This document shows positions 62,342-64,000 of a DNA stretch of 64,000 nt, piece after piece. Positions within the stretch are counted from its first letter, which is position 1; each line of letters starts with the position of its first letter. The notes beneath the pieces were generated by a model. The model saw only the letters and a list, made by a program, of their open reading frames with translations. It was not told the origin of the DNA and searched no databases. This DNA comes from Bacteroides sp. GTDB lineage: Bacteria > Bacteroidota > Bacteroidia > Bacteroidales > Muribaculaceae. The stretch spans positions 22,372 to 86,371 of the forward strand of contig JAAVCH010000003.1 in NCBI GenBank assembly GCA_014802425.1. The letters run 5' to 3'. Position numbers and translations under genes: made by a program.

Positions 62342-64000
62342 CCGAGGAGGAGAAGGGACGCCTGAGGGAGGCTAAGGTAGAGGTGACGGCGTGGCTGGCC
62401 GGAGCCGATATCGGGAGCTGGCGGCTGAGGGAGGTGGACCCGCGGCTCGACATCTACGTGCGCGAGGTGGCCGGCAATCCTGAAGGACATAACGTCTTCG
62501 AGCAGCTGGGCGTGCGGCGCTTCCTTCGCCTGGCCGACCGCTACGGCATCAACGTGACGCGGGTGAGGAGATTCTTCGCCCTCTACGAGATGCTCTACTT
62601 TCCGGGCAAGCGGGGCAAGCAGACCTACCGGCTCACGCCGGTGCAGACCTTCCAGTTCGCATCCATCTATGGCTTCACCGGCGCTGACGGGAAAAGGGTG
62701 ACGCGGGAGGCGTGCCTCTACGTGCCCCGGAAATTCTCCAAGACCACCTCCTCGGCGGCAGTGGCCATCGACGACCTCCTCTACGGCGACGCCAACGCCG
62801 AGAGCTACACCGGTGCCAACTCCCAGGACCAGGCCAAGAAATGCTTCGACGTGATACGCGGATGCGTGCGCCGGCTCGATCCGGGAGAGAAGCGCTACAC
62901 CGTCAACGAGCAGATGATCAAGAGCCGGCGCTCTGACCGCGAGGCTTTCGCGCAGTGCCTCACGGCCAACGCCCGCACCAAGGACGGCCTCAACGCCTCG
63001 ACCGTGATCATGGACGAATTCTCTCAGGCGCGCGACTCGGAGCTGCTCACCGTGCTCACCACCTCTATGGGCGTGAGGGACAATCCGCTCACCGTGATCA
63101 TCACCACGGCCTCCGACGTATTCGACGGCCCCTTCTACGAGATGCTCCAGGGCTACAAGAGCCTCCTGCTGGGGGATTTCGAGGATGACTCGGTCTTCGC
63201 CCACATCTTCGAGCCGGACATCGACGACCCTGAGGATGCGGAGTCCACGTGGATGAAGGTGCACCCGCACATGGGGGTCACCGTCTCGCTCGACTTCTAC
63301 CGGCAGGAGTACCGCAAGGCCATGCGCAACGGCGCCGAGGCCATGCTGGCCTTCCGGACCAAGCTGCTCAATGTCTTCGCCGAGAACGAGACCCGCTCCT
63401 GGATATCCTCCACACTGGCCCGCTCCATCTCGCGCCCCTTCAGGATAGACTCCATCTCCGGGCGTCCGGACGCCATGTGCGCCATCGACCTTTCGGAACA
63501 CGACGACTTCTCGGCCGTGACGATCGGCATCTACGACAAGAAGAGGGCCTCCTTCATGTTTCACACGGCCTATTTCTTCCCCGAGGGTGCCCTGCCCGGC
63601 CACCCCAACGAGCGCCTCTACCGCGCATGGGCCGAGGCCGGCTACCTCATACTCACCCCGGGCGACGTGATAGACTACCCCACCATCGTCAACTACATAC
63701 TGCGCGTCAACCGCCACGTGCGCATCCTCCACATCGGCTACGACTCATGGAAGAGCCAGGAGATGATCAACATGCTCGCGGCATCGGAGAAGGGTGTGGA
63801 CAAGGCGCTGAAGGCTGTGCGCCAGACCTACGGCACATTCACGGCCCCCGTCGAGAGCTTCGAGCACGGGGCGCGCACCGGCCGGGTCTTCATCAACGAC
63901 AATCCCATCAACTGGTACTGCTTCGGCAACGCCGTGCTTGACTACGACCCCCTCGAGAACTTCAAACCCGTAAAGCGCAGGCACAACCAGAAGATCGACG
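62338..64000 (+). CDS. terL: Terminase large subunit, truncated by window end (absent from ORF track)
   Basis: Manual translation from ATG 62338: LTPVQ, VPRKFSKTT, ANSQDQA, VIMDE, IITTA, IDLS, GYDSW, KID. Confidence 0.9.
   Translation, partial: MTEEEKGRLREAKVEVTAWLAGADIGSWRLREVDPRLDIYVREVAGNPEGHNVFEQLGVRRFLRLADRYGINVTRVRRFFALYEMLYFPGKRGKQTYRLTPVQTFQFASIYGFTGADGKRVTREACLYVPRKFSKTTSSAAVAIDDLLYGDANAESYTGANSQDQAKKCFDVIRGCVRRLDPGEKRYTVNEQMIKSRRSDREAFAQCLTANARTKDGLNASTVIMDEFSQARDSELLTVLTTSMGVRDNPLTVIITTASDVFDGPFYEMLQGYKSLLLGDFEDDSVFAHIFEPDIDDPEDAESTWMKVHPHMGVTVSLDFYRQEYRKAMRNGAEAMLAFRTKLLNVFAENETRSWISSTLARSISRPFRIDSISGRPDAMCAIDLSEHDDFSAVTIGIYDKKRASFMFHTAYFFPEGALPGHPNERLYRAWAEAGYLILTPGDVIDYPTIVNYILRVNRHVRILHIGYDSWKSQEMINMLAASEKGVDKALKAVRQTYGTFTAPVESFEHGARTGRVFINDNPINWYCFGNAVLDYDPLENFKPVKRRHNQKID

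Larger units (their letters stand above)
44787..64000. mobile_element. Temperate prophage, left part; runs off the window; left boundary approximate
   Basis: Integrase - accessory genes - CI repressor - early genes - replication module - HNH - terminase order; composition shifts after prfC. Confidence 0.93.

Noticed and set aside
62723-62752. TerL Walker A reads PRKFSKTT rather than GKT/S
   Set aside because: The other ATPase and nuclease motifs are intact; most likely a lineage variant and not inactivation.

Overview
Bacteroidales-type chromosome (TAnnTTTG promoter boxes, EF-G2, methylmalonyl-CoA mutase, GT3 glycogen synthase). Bases 1-44786 are mostly housekeeping: truA, ligA, rpe, uvrA, smpB, mutase pair, EF-G2, an RND pump, an ECF sigma factor, glycogen genes, fumarase, a cell-wall cluster and prfC. 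From about 44787 to the window end is the left part of a temperate prophage: tyrosine integrase, leftward accessory genes, CI-like repressor, early operon, DUF2800/DUF2815/primase-VapE/VRR-NUC/SNF2 replication module, HNH and terminase. The most unusual signal is non-coding DNA in the early operon (51.9-53.3 kb). An arrangement occurs twice: a counter-oriented ORF with its promoter, then a GC-rich hairpin whose loop is antisense to that ORF's own start codon and 5' UTR, then a conserved tRNA-like cloverleaf with no anticodon arm. Other points of note are repressor C-terminal relics between the accessory cassettes, an internal tRNA-Pro 3' relic, a C5-methyltransferase stub, no DNA polymerase in the usual slot, and an iteron-type origin. 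All calls are by eye from motifs; no database searches or folding programs were run.
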